DNA of 64,000 nt from the NCBI RefSeq assembly GCF_009914755.1, contig NC_060926.1; one strand, 5' to 3'. A model generated the notes under the pieces. That model had not been told where the DNA came from. It saw only the letters and a list, made by a program, of their open reading frames with translations, and did no database searches. The stretch is from the human T2T-CHM13v2.0 reference genome, Homo sapiens. The position numbers were made by a program, and so were the translations under genes. This document shows positions 1 to 17,190 of the stretch, piece after piece (the stretch's first letter is position 1; each line of letters begins with the position of its first letter).

Positions 1-933
1 GAAACGCAGGGATCTTACTAAGTTTTATTAATGAAAGTTGTTTTAAGACATTTAATACTATTTCCAATCTACATACTAGAAATAACTAGAACAGTTTTGT
101 AATATAATGAGAAGTTTTTATCGTGAAAATTAAATGCTGAAATAATGTACTTTTGGATTGCTGGTTCAAATCCACTGTACAGCTTTGAAACAACTGCCCA
201 GTGACCTACAGTAGAACTTTTCTGTGTCCTCTTGGGTTCTGAGTTCTTTTTCCAGGCTGTTCTCCGTGCCTATCACCTGTTAAAGGATATGGCTCTGAGA
301 TCTTTCTATTACAAATGCTTTGCATTTGGTAAGATTTCAAGCCTGTGCCATTGTTATTACCCCATACGATGACCTAAATAATTTGCACAAATATAAAGCT
401 TCCTAATATTTTCAACTTTAACACTCTGTAATTTGCCTTGTCATCTTATTCTTCTTTCAATTAAAATTATTTCCCCTTTTTCGTATCTTCACATAAATAT
501 GATCTACCATTACTAAACACTAACTTTAACTTCTTGTGTTTATTAGTACTTCAAATTTTTGGTTCTAGTGTTTATTAGTACTTCGTTCATTTTTCTGTAT
601 CTTTTATACAGAATGGCTTTTAATTTTCTTTCATGATTTTTTATAGCAGCTGAGCTTAAATATTTACTTTCATGATCATTTCAATATTGCAAGGGGGTCA
701 GGAAAGTCTTTCTAAGAATGACATCAAAGGCAAGAAATAGAAAGAAAATATGTTTAAAAAATGTGAATACATAGAAATGAAACATTTCTTTATGACAAAA
801 TAAGACACATTTAATAAACAACAAAATGGAAAAAATAGTTGCATTCTATATTACAAAGGTTTAATAGGAAGAACGTATAAATAAGAACATGAAAACTCCA
901 AAAAGAGAAAGGACAAAGTTCATAAATTGGCAT

Positions 934-1340
934 TGTTAAAAGAAAAACTTCAGCTGAATTAAATTTAATGGAGTTTAATTGAGCAATGAACGATTCATGA
1001 ATTGGGTAGCTCCCAGAATCACAGCAGATTCAGAGACTCCAGCACAGCCACATGGTGGAAGATTTATAGACAAAAAAAGGGAAGTGAGGTAGAGAAACAA
1101 CTGGGTTGGTTACAGCTCAGCATTTGCTTTCTTTGAACGCAGTCTGAACACTCAGAAGTGTATGAGTGATTGAAGTATGGCTGCTGGGATTGGCCAAGAC
1201 TCAATTATTGTTACAGTCACATACTCCTAAGTTAGGTTTTCAATCTTGTCTACCTATTAAGTTAGGTTGCAGTTTGTCCACAAGGACTCAAATATAGAAG
1301 TATGGAGTCCTTCTCAGGCAAAGTTTAGTTTGGTTTAAAA
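934..1340 (-). mobile_element. ERV1-class solo LTR, MER57A-like, inserted in an old L1 fragment
   Basis: Begins TGTTAAAAGAAAAACTTCAGC and ends near TTTAGTTTGGTTTAAAA; flanked by 4-bp TSD GCAT (930-933, 1341-1344); resembles reverse complement of remembered MER57A consensus. Confidence 0.75.
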
Positions 1341-3207
1341 GCATCAACCAACATGGAATACAATGGCTCATAAATGTGTGAAACTTTCTGCCCCCCGAAC
1401 TAAATTAAAAACCGTGAATCATCATTTGAAACCTATCAAATTAGTAACACAAAGAACAATAACAAATATTAGCGAGGGTGTGAAGAAGTGAATATTTTCT
1501 TATGCTTTGCATTAATTTGTATAAACTTTCCAGAGGTCAATTTAGTGCTATGTGTGAAGATCTTTTAAAACATGTCTGTTCTTTGATTTAACGAAGTCTA
1601 CTTCTTGAAATGTATTCACGGTAATTGTGGATGTTGATGAGGATTTAGCTGGAGGACCTTTAGTGAAACACTGTTGATAATGTCCTATACTACAGGGATG
1701 GCTGAGTAAATGGTGATAGATACTGATTTGTGTTCCACTAACAACGCTTTTGAAGAACTGTATTTATTGGCATCTAAAATGTATTTAAAATTTTTAGTAC
1801 AAAAGGAGATTCCAAACATATGTATTACATACATGCATTTAAAAAATATACATTATTTGTTTTAAAAGTTTGAGTGTGTATATATTAAGAAGTTTCCAGG
1901 GTTATCTCTGGATAATGGTGTGATGGGTTATTTCTAATATTAGTTGTTCTTAGCTGCATTTTCTAGAATGAGCATGCATTATGCAATCACGAGAGTGCAT
2001 TACTTATATAATTAAAAAACACAGAAGACTGATTATGTGTTTTTCGCCTTGGCTTGACAAAATTAGAGCCCTTTTAGCCAAATAAGACACACATAGCTCC
2101 AAACCTTCTAAAACCGCTGGCGTACAGTTGGAGGGTGTTTTATCATCATTATCCCTCGCCTCCCAGCTCTTACCCAGAAATTGTTTTTCCTGGGAAAAGT
2201 AGGGCCACAGCTGTCTTTGGTGATGTTCCTGCCCCAGTTTCATGTGGTGGGGAATTGATTTTTATTTCTCACCGTATGCTTTTTGCAATACAAGCACACT
2301 TTTAGGGTCACGATTAATGTATTTTAATGGGCTATCCATCTTAAAAATCAATGAAAAGAATTTACATTAAAAATAGAAGGCAATTAGACTGATTTGGATG
2401 ACCTATTTTTAATCAACCCCATTATTTACGGATCTGAAAACTCTCAGAACATCTTTCTCTGGAGCATTCAAGGATCGGTCCTCTGTTATGATGTGTGAAT
2501 AATTTTAAAACAGGAGGCATGAGGTTGATTGATAACTTGTGAAATCTTTTTAAATTACCCACCTTAGAAATGCTCCAGGAGGCCCCCTTCCTCTTTCATC
2601 GGCCCTTTGCCGTTCTTTTTACCTCCCATGGTTTACTGGGATAAGTTTGACAGGTACAGAAGACATTGTGTTCTGTTTCTTGAAAAGTTTTGGGGCATCT
2701 ACTCCTTACTTAGAATTAACTTTTAAGTCAGTAGTGTTACATCTTCTCTCAGCTATCTTCATCCCTTTATGTTCAACTGTTTTCACCATTGCATCTAATG
2801 TTCTTATTTCTTGCAAGAAACAAGAATTATTTATGTCACTCTCTTTTATCAAAATTATTTCTCAATTGTTATAAAATGCACAGAATTTAGGCTCTTTAGA
2901 AATTTTTGCTTTCTTAGCTTCTATATTTAAATTTTTAGCTTATACCCCAGATTTTTTTTGTATTGCTGAAGGGGATATGTATTTTAGAACTCTTGATGAA
3001 TTTTCCTAATTTTACAGTTTTGGAAGTACTTGACAGAAAGCAAGTAACAACTGCCATTTCCATTCCTACTCATTTCTCTTGTTTCTAAGTAGTATTTTTA
3101 CCACATTCTTGGATTTAGTATGAAAATGTTATGCTCTCCATTTGCAGCCACTCCTCAGAAATTAATATAATTTGCTAGTGTTCTGAGGAGAAGTTACAGA
3201 AACCAGT

Positions 3208-3667
3208 TGTAATGGTTAATGTGGAGTGTCATCTTGATTGGATTGAAGGATGCAAAGTGTTGTTTCTGGGTGTGTCTGTGAGGGTGTTGCCAAAGGGGAC
3301 TAACATTTGAGTCAGTGAACTGGGAGAGGCAGACCCACCCTCAGTCTGGGTGGGCACCACCTAATCGGCTGCCAGCGTGGCCAGAATAAAGCAGGCAGAA
3401 GAATGTGGAAGGACTTGACTGGTTTAGTCTTCCAGTCTACATTTTCCTCCTGTGCTGGATGCTTCCTGCCCTCAAACATTGGACTCCAAGTTCTTCAGCT
3501 TTGGGGCTCTTGGACCTTTGACCACAGACTGAAGGCTGCACTGTCTGTCAGCTTTCCTACTTTTGAGGTTTTGGGACTTGGACTGGCTTCCTTGCTCCTC
3601 AGCTTGCACACAGCCTATTGTGGGACCTGCCCTTGTGATTGTGTGAGTCAGTACTCCTTAATAAACT

Positions 3668-3711
<44 letters not shown>

Positions 3712-3788
3712 CATATATATACACATATATGTGTGTGTATATATATATATATCCTATTAGTTCTGTCCCTCTAGAGAACCCTAATACA
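3208..3788 (+). mobile_element. MLT2A1-like solo LTR (HERV-L) with internal (TA)/(CA) microsatellite at ~3669-3751
   Basis: TGTAATGGTTAAT...CTTGATTGGATTGAAGGATGCAAAG start and CCTATTAGTTCTGTCCCTCTAGAGAACC-CTAATACA end; 5-bp TSD CCAGT/CCAAT. Confidence 0.88.
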
Positions 3789-4059
3789 CCAATGAACAAC
3801 GTCTCCTGTCCCCGGAGCAGTGAGTAGTGGTTTGCTGTAAGTACCATTGAGTCTGATAGTCTCTGAAGGAACCATGGCCTTTTTCTAGTCAGGAGAGTCC
3901 TGAGTTTAAGTTAGTGTGCTTGAGAACATGTACTTGTAAATTAAGACTAAGCCAATGCCAACCATGAAGTGGTGATGGCCATAGCTTTTCCCTTCCCACT
4001 AATGTTTACTGCAGGCTTACAGTTCACCAGGCTGGCATATCATGTACATCATGCTGCTT

Positions 4060-4205
4060 CATCCCCATCACAGTTCTGTGAGGTCAACACTTATTATCCA
4101 CATTTTACAGAATGGAGACTGAGGCTGGGGGAAGTGGGGTTGTGGAGAGGTAGCTTGTCCAGGGTCACCAAATAACTAGTGCAGCTGGAATTTGAAACCA
4201 AATAG
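4060..4205 (-). mobile_element. MIR SINE fragment
   Basis: Core motif ATTTTACAGAATGGAGACTGAGG...CTTGTCCAGGGTCAC. Confidence 0.7.
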
Positions 4206-4284
4206 AATAAGAAAGTTGGCCAAAGATCAGGCAGGACTCTTCTTCTTGTCAGGCCCTGAGTCAATTTTTTAATATATTGCATTT

Positions 4285-4767
4285 ATTATTTTTTAATTTA
4301 ATTTTTAAAATTTTTATTTTACTTTAAGTTCTGGGATACAGAACGTGCAGGTTTGTTACATAGGTATATATGTGCCATGGTGGTTTGCTGCACCTATCAA
4401 CCCGTCATCTAGGTTTTAAGCCCCACATGCATTAGGTATTTCTCCTAATGCTCTCCCTCCCCTTTCCCCCCACCCCCTGACAGGCCCCAGTGTGTGATGT
4501 TCCCCTCCCTGTTTCCATGTATTCTCATTGTTCAACTCCCACTTATGAGTGAGAACATAAGTGGTGTTTGGTTTTCTGTTTCTGTGTTAGTTTGCTGAGA
4601 ATGATGGTTTTCAGCTTTATCCATGTCCCTGCAAAGGACGTGAACTCATTCTTTTTTATGGCTGCATAGTATTCCATGGTGTATGTGTGCCACATTTTCT
4701 TTATCCAGTCTATCATTGATGGGCATTTGGGTTGGTTCCAAGTCTTTGCTATTGTAAGTAGTGCTGC
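4285..4767 (-). mobile_element. 5'-truncated L1PA (about PA7-PA8) 3' end nested at the 3' end of an L1MC
   Basis: TTTAAGTTCTGGGATACA...GTGCAGGTTTGTTACATAGG 3' UTR; ORF 4543..4779 is the ORF2 C-terminus ([19 protein letters not shown]); TSD AATATATTGCATTT / AATAGATTGCATTT at 4271-4284 and 4768-4781. Confidence 0.9.
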
Positions 4768-5590
4768 AATAGATTGCATTTTTTAGAGCAATTTTTGGGT
4801 TACAGCAAAAATAAGCAGAAAGTATAGAGATTTTCCATAAGGCCCCTGTCCCCACACATGCACAGCCTCCATTATCAACATCCCCAAGAAGGTACATTTG
4901 TTGCAAGCGATGAACCTACATGACACATCATTATCACTCGATGTCCATAGTTTACATTAGGGTTCACTAATGGTGTTGTACATTCTGTGGGTTTGGACAC
5001 GTTTATAATGACGTGTGTCTACCATCGTAGTATCATATAGAGTAGTTTTACTGCCCTAAAAATGTTATGTGCTCCAGCTATTCATCCCTCTGTTCTCCTC
5101 AATCCCTGCCAACCACTGATCTCTTTACTGTCTTCATAGATTTGCCTTCTCCAGAATGTCACATAAATGGAATCATATAGCATGTAGCCTTTTTAGATTG
5201 GCTTCTGTCACAACTAATTTCACAAGTAATGTGCATTTAAGTTTCCCCTGTGTCTTCTCATGGCTTGATAGTTCATTTCTTTTGAGCTCTGAATAATATT
5301 GCATTGCCTGGATGTACCACAGTCTATCCATTCACCTACTGAAGGATATCTTAAGTTGCTTCCAAGTTTTGGCAATTATAGATAAAACTGCTGTAAACCT
5401 CTGTGTGCAGGTTTTTGTGTGGACATAAGTTTTCAACTTCTTTGGATATATGACAAGGAGTGGAATTCCTGGATTGTATCGTAAGAGTATGCTTAGTTTT
5501 GTAAGAAACTGCCAAACTATCTTCCAAAGTGGCTGTACCATTGTACATTTTCACCAGCAATGAATGAGAGATCCTTTGGCTCCGCACTAA
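4768..5590 (-). mobile_element. L1MC1/2-like 3' fragment
   Basis: TTTTAGAGCA...CAGCAAAA...GATGAACCTACATGACACATCATTATCAC 3' UTR motif; ORF 5332..5541 resembles ORF2 (VQPLWKIVWQFL). Confidence 0.8.
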
Positions 5591-6319
5591 TTTTTTTTCA
5601 ACATTGAAAGATTTAGAATTGTAAGAAGTAGCCATTCATCAAATGATCTTTATGAACAAAGTTATATCTATTTTCTGTTCAATATATTACTCGAGATTCA
5701 GGTATTGCCTGTACTAGTTTCTCAGGCCTCAGCCAGTGAGCAGAGTTTTATTTGTCTCAAAATCCACACAACAAAGACCGCTTTTTGTGGAAGGAAGAGC
5801 ATAGAGAGCTTTGTTTATTGGGATCAGTCTCCGAGGCATCATCTGGTTTACTTCCAGGATGGGAGAGACCTATGATTTGTTTTTTTTTCCCCCATATTTT
5901 AATTGAAGCTGTTTATTGATGAAACAAAAGGGAAAAGCATGCTTCAGATTACCAAGCAAAAACACTTTATTAAATATAAAGGTTAGTTTTCAACAATTCT
6001 GGAAATTTCAATCAAGAAAGGGTGGATATTTTCCAAAATGGCGTTGAAAATTGTGTTCATTGTATACCCTCATGATCTAAGGAGCTGGGTTCTCTGTGCC
6101 CCTGACATTGTCTTTCCCTGTGTGCTCCTTGGGTGGTTCCTGTGTCCCTTGACAGCCCCTCAAGTTCCTCCTCTCCAGTATCCTGTGTTCATTCCTGCTC
6201 ACTAGCAGCATGGCCTGCAGGGCTCATGCCACACGCCTTAGAGCATGGTGCTCCCTGGGGTCCTTCCTGGGCTCTTCTCTTTGAGATGGAGTAAACATCC
6301 TCCTCACTCAAAGAATTTA

Positions 6320-8115
6320 AAGTCCATACTTTATTCAGTTATCCTTAGATTTTACCTACCGTTCTTTTTCTATCTCTGGATTCCTCATCTAAGATATCAC
6401 ATTAGTTGGGTATCAATTTACTTCTCATGTCTCTTTAGGCTCCTCTTGGCTGTGACAGTTTTTCTGATTTCCCTTGTTTTTGATGATCTTGATCGTTTTG
6501 AACAGTGCTGGTTAGATATTTTGTAGAACGTTCCTTAATTAAGGTTTGTCTGATGTTTTTCTCACAATTAGACTTGGGTTGTGACCTTTTGAGAGGAGGA
6601 CCACAGGGGTAAATGGCCATTTTCATCACGTCACATCAAGGGTACACACTATCAACCTAATTAATCACTCACTATTGGTGTAGACTTTGATCACCTGGTT
6701 AAGGTAGTGTTTGTCAAGTTCCTCTGCTGTGAAAGTACTCTTTTTCCCCCCCCTCCCTTTTCTTACTCTACCCTTTGGAAGGACATTCCTATGCATAGCC
6801 TACACTTCAGGAAGTGGGGAGTTATCCTTCACTTTCTCGAGGGTGGGGTATTCACATAAATTCTTTGGAGTTCTTCTGCACGGGAGATTTGCTGTTCAAC
6901 CCCATTTATTTAGTTAGTTGATCATATATTTATATCAGTATGGACTCATGGATACTTGTTTCATACTTTGAGTTATAGTCCAACTTTATTTGTTGCTCAC
7001 AGTTTTCCAGTGTTGGCCCCTGGGAGCTCTGTCAGTGGGCTCCTGTGTTCCTTTGTCATACCTCCCCATCCACAGGTTTTGTTTTTGAACACTTCCTAAC
7101 TTTCTGGCACTTCAAGATGTTTAGTCCCATTGTGTATATTTCCTGCCCCAGTCTTAGAATCAACCATTTCTCCAAGGAGTTCTGGCTACTTTTATTGCAT
7201 AATGGCATTAGAAATCAAGATCTGGGCATTAGATGTGCTTGTTGCTGTTGGGATGTCATTCTTGTAGGGCCTCTCAAACAATACAGCAATGAAATATATG
7301 TGTATATGTATTGTAGATATGTATATATATCTATGAATATCTATATTTGTACATATTTATATATGTAGCCATCTGTTTCTATATTAAGCATGAGTTCTTA
7401 CTGATGTCTCCAATTCTAATCCATTACCACATGGCTCATTCTAGCTTCTTCCCTTTGCTGATCTGTAAATTCCCACTTCAATAATAAGAAACCTGGCTCC
7501 CAGCACCCATCCTCTGCCTACTTAATTGTTCAGTTCTGGTATACACATATAGTAGAATAAGAATTATTAATCTATACCTCCATAGAAAAAATGTGATCAA
7601 CTAGAATACAATGCTGATGTACAGCTCCTTTTGCCTTTAGTCTTAAAGATGCCACTCTTGACCTCGTGATCACGCCACCGCACTCCAGCCTGGGCGACAG
7701 AGTGAGACTGTCTCACAAAAAAAAAAAAAAAAAGAAAAAAGAAAAAACAAGATGCCAGTCGTTTACAAAGTTATTTAGGTTAGCACTTTCTCCTCTATCC
7801 CTTTCAGTGAGGCTCTTTCATACATTTTTAATAGTGGGATTGTTTTGTTGTGTTATCCATTCTATCCAGGTGTTCTCCAACTTCTTAATTTTTTTTCCAT
7901 ATTTGCATACACTAGGATTCATTCGTTGTGCTATAAAGTTCTATGGGTTTTAACAAATGCTTATTGTCATGTTTTCATCATTTTAGCATCATACAGAAGA
8001 GTGTCATTGCCCTAAACAATTCATTTCCCTTTGTTTCACTTTACTGTTTTCAGCTCCTGCTAAACTCCTGGCATCCACGGATTTTTTTTTAAGCCATCTC
8101 TATAGTTTTGTCTAT
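6320..8115 (-). mobile_element. Old L1 (L1MC/L1MD-type) 3' UTR fragment
   Basis: AAAGTCCATACTTTATTCAG...CTTTAGGCTCCTCTTGGCTGTGACAGTTT...CTTTGATCACCTGGTTAAGGTAGTG motifs. Confidence 0.7.
7655..7748 (+). mobile_element. Severely 5'-truncated Alu (last ~50 nt plus A tail)
   Basis: GCACTCCAGCCTGGGCGACAGAGTGAGACTGTCTC followed by A tail; TSD AAGATGCCACTC / AAGATGCCAGTC at 7646-7657 and 7749-7760. Confidence 0.88.
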
Positions 8116-8888
8116 GACTTAACATAAAGAATATTGACTCCCAAAAAATAAAAATATAACTTTTTAAAACTGGGGTTTGGAGAGGTTGGTTGCCTCTTTT
8201 TCTTCATAGAATATTATAAGTGATCCGCTTGCATGGTTCTTAGAGTATACAAGGTGGAGGTTTTTCAGGAAAGCTCAAGCTTTGGTATTCTTCCTTCATT
8301 GGAGCACAGTCATTACCCACTGGCAATGAGAAGGCCCGGAACATTGGTACGTGTTTCCCAGTGACAGTTTATCTTGCCCATTTTTTCCAAATGAAAGGAT
8401 TGTCATATGGCAAATGGCCTGTCAAGCAGGATTTCTAGAGGTCTCCTGGCATAGACTCTAGCTAATTATCCTAGACACCTGCTTTCTTAGGTATTGCCTC
8501 AGGGGATGACAACCATACACCACGAAAGGGACAGTCCTGATTTCAAATAATCTAACTTCCACACAGGATATTTTTGTCTTAACTTTGAAAAATTCTGAAT
8601 GTGCAGAATAATACTAAAGATCAGAAAGAAAATACTGACGCCCAACATGCTGTATTTTAATTTGGAAGTTTTCTTTAGTTTTTCTATTTATTTTAATTTT
8701 TTTATATAAAATATTATGATATCCCATTTTACTTAATATTTCAAGAGCTTATCCTTTTTTATTTATTTAGTCAGGTGTATTTATGTATAATTTATATATA
8801 ATGGCATTGTCCATTTGGTGTATAGTTCTATGAATTTTGACAGATGCATTGAGTCATGTAATCATGCTCATAATTAAGACATGGAATA

Positions 8889-11990
<3,102 letters not shown>

Positions 11991-12032
11991 CCACCCTCAG
12001 TTTTCTGGTATTCCTGAATGCCTGTGTCACAT

Positions 12033-12038
<6 letters not shown>

Positions 12039-12067
<29 letters not shown>
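12039..12067. repeat. (TG)n microsatellite
   Basis: About 14 uninterrupted TG units. Confidence 0.95.
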
Positions 12068-12070
<3 letters not shown>

Positions 12071-13211
12071 CTTATTCTATGCTCTAGCTCTTCTTCCAGG
12101 ACTTCTGGAACAGTATACAACTATTGTTTGTTACTCTCTGCCAATTTTGCACTGAGAATTCTTTGTTGTGGGTCAGTTCTAGTTTTAGGGAGCAAACTAG
12201 TTGAACTGAACACTTTTTATGCATTTATTAGTCCTTGGTGTCTGCTGCAGTCTTAGGGTTTTTCCTATTCATTTATATATTTTTATATTTAATGCATCTA
12301 TCTTTGTCATATTGTTGCAGGTATCTCTCCCATCTTGTGTTTCTTTTAAATTGCTTGCAATTTTTTAAATGGGCAAAAAACTTAAATAATACAGAAACTC
12401 TGTCAATCTTTTTATTTGTAATATTGCTTATTGCTTTTAAGTCTAGAAAATCTCTCCATTTCTTGTCCAAGATGCATCACTTACATGTTTTCTAAAAAAT
12501 AATTTGATTTTCCCCTTAACTCGTTGATTTGTCTGGAATGCATGTCTATGTTGACAGGTAAGATTTAGAAGTGAGTTTTGTTTTTCCACTCAGACCTAAA
12601 CAATTAGGCTAACATTATTTCTTAAATAGAAACAGTAGCCAAAGACTGATTTACTGTGAAACTGACAAAGCTCAAACTTCAGAGACTCCTTTGCACAGGC
12701 TTCTGCGTAGTACATTGACTTGGTCATAATTTTTATGACAACTCTATCAGTAAGATATCTTAACTGTAATCAATTACGACATCCATCTCTTTCCATTCCA
12801 AATTCCCCTCTGTCATAACTCTCTGTGTGTTGATTGAATTCAGGGTGGCCATGGCAATTTTTGGGGGTCTGACTAAAGGAAAATAGAGTTGAGAATGGGA
12901 TATGTTATGTGGTTGCATTGTTAGCCACCTTGGTGTAGGAATGTTTTCCAAGAATATTCCCACTACCCACTGCCTGATTCACTCAGGGGCATGGGCCAAA
13001 ACTGAAGGAACAGAGATTGTATTAATCCTAGTACCTGAGTATGTGGGCAGGAAAGAAGAAATATGGTTTTGTAATTAGTCTATGGAAAATTTTTCTGATT
13101 ATGAGACATAAAATTGAACATTGAGAATTTAATTCTCCTCCATACCTTGTCAAAATAGGCATTTCTTTCCTGTCAGGAATATACTAGATGAGGCAACATA
13201 TTCCATTATAA

Positions 13212-13527
<316 letters not shown>

Positions 13528-14229
13528 CTATTTATTTATGTTTTGATGAGAACTGTGCAAAATATCATAGTGCCAAGATTGAGAAACTGTTCTAGTGAAC
13601 GTTCACTATTATATCTGACTTTATAGTTTTATAAGCTTCAGACCCCATGTAACCTGAATAGAATGTAGCATAATGGCTAAGGGCTCTCAACTATTTAACC
13701 TCTTTCAGCCTCTGTATTCTCATCTGTAAAATGGGAACAATCATACGTACTCCTGAGGTTTCTGTGTGGATTTACATCATTGAGTATGTTTATTTAGACG
13801 TCTCTTCTATTTTAGTGTCTGTTGTGGAAACACTAGCCAGTATCTTGCTTTCTCTCAAGGTTATCTCTGCCTTAGGTGTCACAGCTGTGCTCATACCAGG
13901 AAGGAGAAGGGGTTAGTGCCAGTCTGTGTCAGGTTTCAAACGTTATGCTCTCTTCGTTTATTTTTCTTGGTTAGGTTATCTAGTGGTTTATATTTTCTTT
14001 GTATCTTTTTCAAAGCACCAGCTTTTAGATTTATTTATTAGGCTTTCATGTTTTATATCTTCTACAATTTGTGACTGATTTTCTTTCACATTTTACATTG
14101 AATCCATTCTTTCTGCGTTACATTTTCCTTTGCTATGTAACTTGTTGATGTGATTGCCTCCTTCATTATTTTCCCTCTTTCTTATTTCAGGATGGAAATG
14201 TTTAAGACTGAAGTGGTCCTGAGCAGCTG

Positions 14230-14450
14230 CAGCACAGTGTAGCGTGTGTGAGCACGACTCTCGGCTGGGATGCCTGGGTTCCAAGGCTGCTTCCGCCAAG
14301 TTCTGGTCGTGTAAACCTGGGGAAGCATCTAACCTTTTTCTGCTTCTGCTTTCTCATCTGTGGATAAGACGACTAACGTCCTTTTCATAGGGTTGTGATG
14401 AGGATGCTTAGTAGCTAGTAAATAGTGAGTAGGATTTAAGCATTTGTTAA
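14230..14450 (+). mobile_element. MIR SINE
   Basis: GCCTGGGTTCCAAGG...CTTTCTCATCTGTGG...TCATAGGGTTGTGATGAGGAT. Confidence 0.65.
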
Positions 14451-14454
14451 ATAA

Positions 14455-14813
<359 letters not shown>

Positions 14814-15034
14814 CTCTTTCTTTAACTGACTCCTTACTGATGAGTAGATGGTTCTCATCTCTCATCTCTGACAGTTGAAGAAAAATGTGTGTCCTCAGTG
14901 TCCCTGTGTATGCACACAACAGGAATAGGTGAGTAGGATTAATTCAGAGATAGAAAATTGTGGCGTTAAAGGGTATATCCCCACAGTATTTGATAGACGT
15001 TGCCAAACTGCTCACCTTGAGGATTTGGGAACCT

Positions 15035-15310
15035 GAAGTTTGGGAACATCATTGTTGTGCAGCTTCATCTTTGAAGGGCACTCAGCGCTTATGATTATAG
15101 GGGAACCTGAATGGATGATCATTCCTTCTTCCTGCTTATTGAGGGGGACAGAACAATGGCCAGCACTACCACAGAAAGGATAGTGACAATAGTAGTGACA
15201 ATAAATATACTTTTATTTGGTTAAATCTTTCCCCTGTTTAATGCAAGATTTATCATTAAAGAGGACTACACAAAACATTAAGAGAACTCCGAGATGGAGT
15301 TTAACAAAGG
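15035..15310 (+). repeat. Local direct duplication, copy 1 (derived; interrupts an L1M fragment)
   Basis: Aligns by eye with 16921-17190, including an identical run CCTGAATGGATGATCATTCCTTCTTCCTGCTTATTGAGGGGGACAGAACAATGGCCAGCACTACCACAGAAA; ORFs 15217.. and 16996.. share LMQDLSLKRTTQNIKRT. Confidence 0.92.
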
Positions 15311-16920
15311 TTGTTAAACCAATTTACAGTCCTGTAAGCAATGTTCTCATGTTATCGCAATCTTTGATCTTTGCTAATCTGATACGTAAACTCTTATATC
15401 ATTTTAGTTTTCCTTATCATCTTGAGCATATTTTTATAGGTTTAATGGCCATTATTTTTCTTTTTTCTGTAAAATATCCTTTTTTGTCCTTTGACTGTTA
15501 CATGCTCTTCTCAGGGTATTAATGGGCCTTATGGATGCCCTTGATTGAACAACTCTGTCTTGGGTAATGTAATGGAATTGGGAGCTGAATCCCAGGGTAA
15601 TCCACTTCCTGCAACAGGTAATAAAATAGGTAATAACAAAAACCCCATTTACTGAGCAGGGACTGTGCTTAGTAGTTTACATACATTGTATCCCTCCATG
15701 AAAGGAGGGAGACAACCTGTGTTGAAGTCCCAATTCTGCAATTTGTAACCAAGTCTACATTGGGCAATATATCTGAGCCTCAGTTATGTCATCTGTAAAA
15801 TGGGGATAATACCTCCCTCATAGAGTTATGGAGATTAAATAAAATAAACTAGGTAAAAACACCTGGTGCCATGCTTGGCATAAGTATAATGGGTGCTAAG
15901 GAATGTTGATTTCCTAACCATGCTGGCATGAGGCTGAAGAAAAGACAAAAGAGAAGGGCTACTTCCAAATCACATTGCAATGATGTGAGTAGGAGTGACA
16001 GATGTCCTCCTGGATATGTTGGTAGGAAAGAAAGCTGGGTGACAACAGCAACATTTTTCAATTAACATCCCAAATCTCATAGTTTCTCTGAGGTCTGGAA
16101 GAAAACTATTAACTTATTTCAGAGCATGACTCTTGGATCTATAATAGCTTTATAGTTTTAAAAGGCCAAATGAAAACCAAATAAGTATTAATGCAAATAT
16201 GAGGGCAGAGATTTCTAAATGGCTCTGGAACAGACTTTAGCTAAATGACTTTCCTTCTCTTCTTTTTGGAGGGCAATGCTTTTGCATTTTCCAGGTGCCT
16301 GCTTAGTTGTCTCTTGGCTTTCACAGCATACCTAACATGTTGTGGATGGAGCCTAATGGGCCATTCTGCCTCAGAAGGGTCTAATAATATCACACTTCTT
16401 TGAAATGGCCCTGAACTTGGAATATTGCCTTTAGGGTTGTGGCTTTCCTCTTTACCGTACTGTGAGGCTTTTACTAACCTTTCTGATAAGTTTGAGGATT
16501 ATGGCAAGGAACCTTCTATACCACTCTGTTTTCTTGGGTTGAATTCCCTAAGGCAGCTTATCTGTTGAAGAGTTGAAGTTCAGCTCTAAGTCCCTTTTAT
16601 GTCAGGGGTTATACATTCATTTCAAGGTGTACTTGTTCTTTAATTGAATACAAGTCTTAGGGAAGGGAGCATGTCTATCAGAGTCACAGGGAGGGTCACT
16701 TGATGTGAAACTAACATCCTGAAAGTTGGGCTTATATATCCTATTGCTGGGAAGAGCAGGTAACGGATTACCTCATTTCATCATTAATGCAAGAAATTAG
16801 ACCTGTTGCAGGTTCAGAGGGGAGCCAGTGACTTGGCTTGACCACCTGCAACAACCCTCACCACTATTTACCCACATTAATCTTATCTACAATTCCATTA
16901 TATTGGGAAATGTGGATGAG

Positions 16921-17190
16921 AAAGTTGAGAACACCATTGTTGTGTGGCTGCATCTTTGAATGGCACTCAGAGTTTATGATTATAGGGAAGCCTGAATGGA
17001 TGATCATTCCTTCTTCCTGCTTATTGAGGGGGACAGAACAATGGCCAGCACTACCACAGAAATGATAGTGACTATAGTGGTGACAATAAATATTTTGGTT
17101 AAATATTTTCCCTCTTTAATGCAAGATTTATCATTAAAGAGGACTACACAAAACATTAAGAGAACTCTGAGCTGGAGTTTAACACAGGAT
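16921..17190 (+). repeat. Local direct duplication, copy 2 (probable donor)
   Basis: Matches 15035-15310 and runs on continuously into an LTR33/16-like element. Confidence 0.92.
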
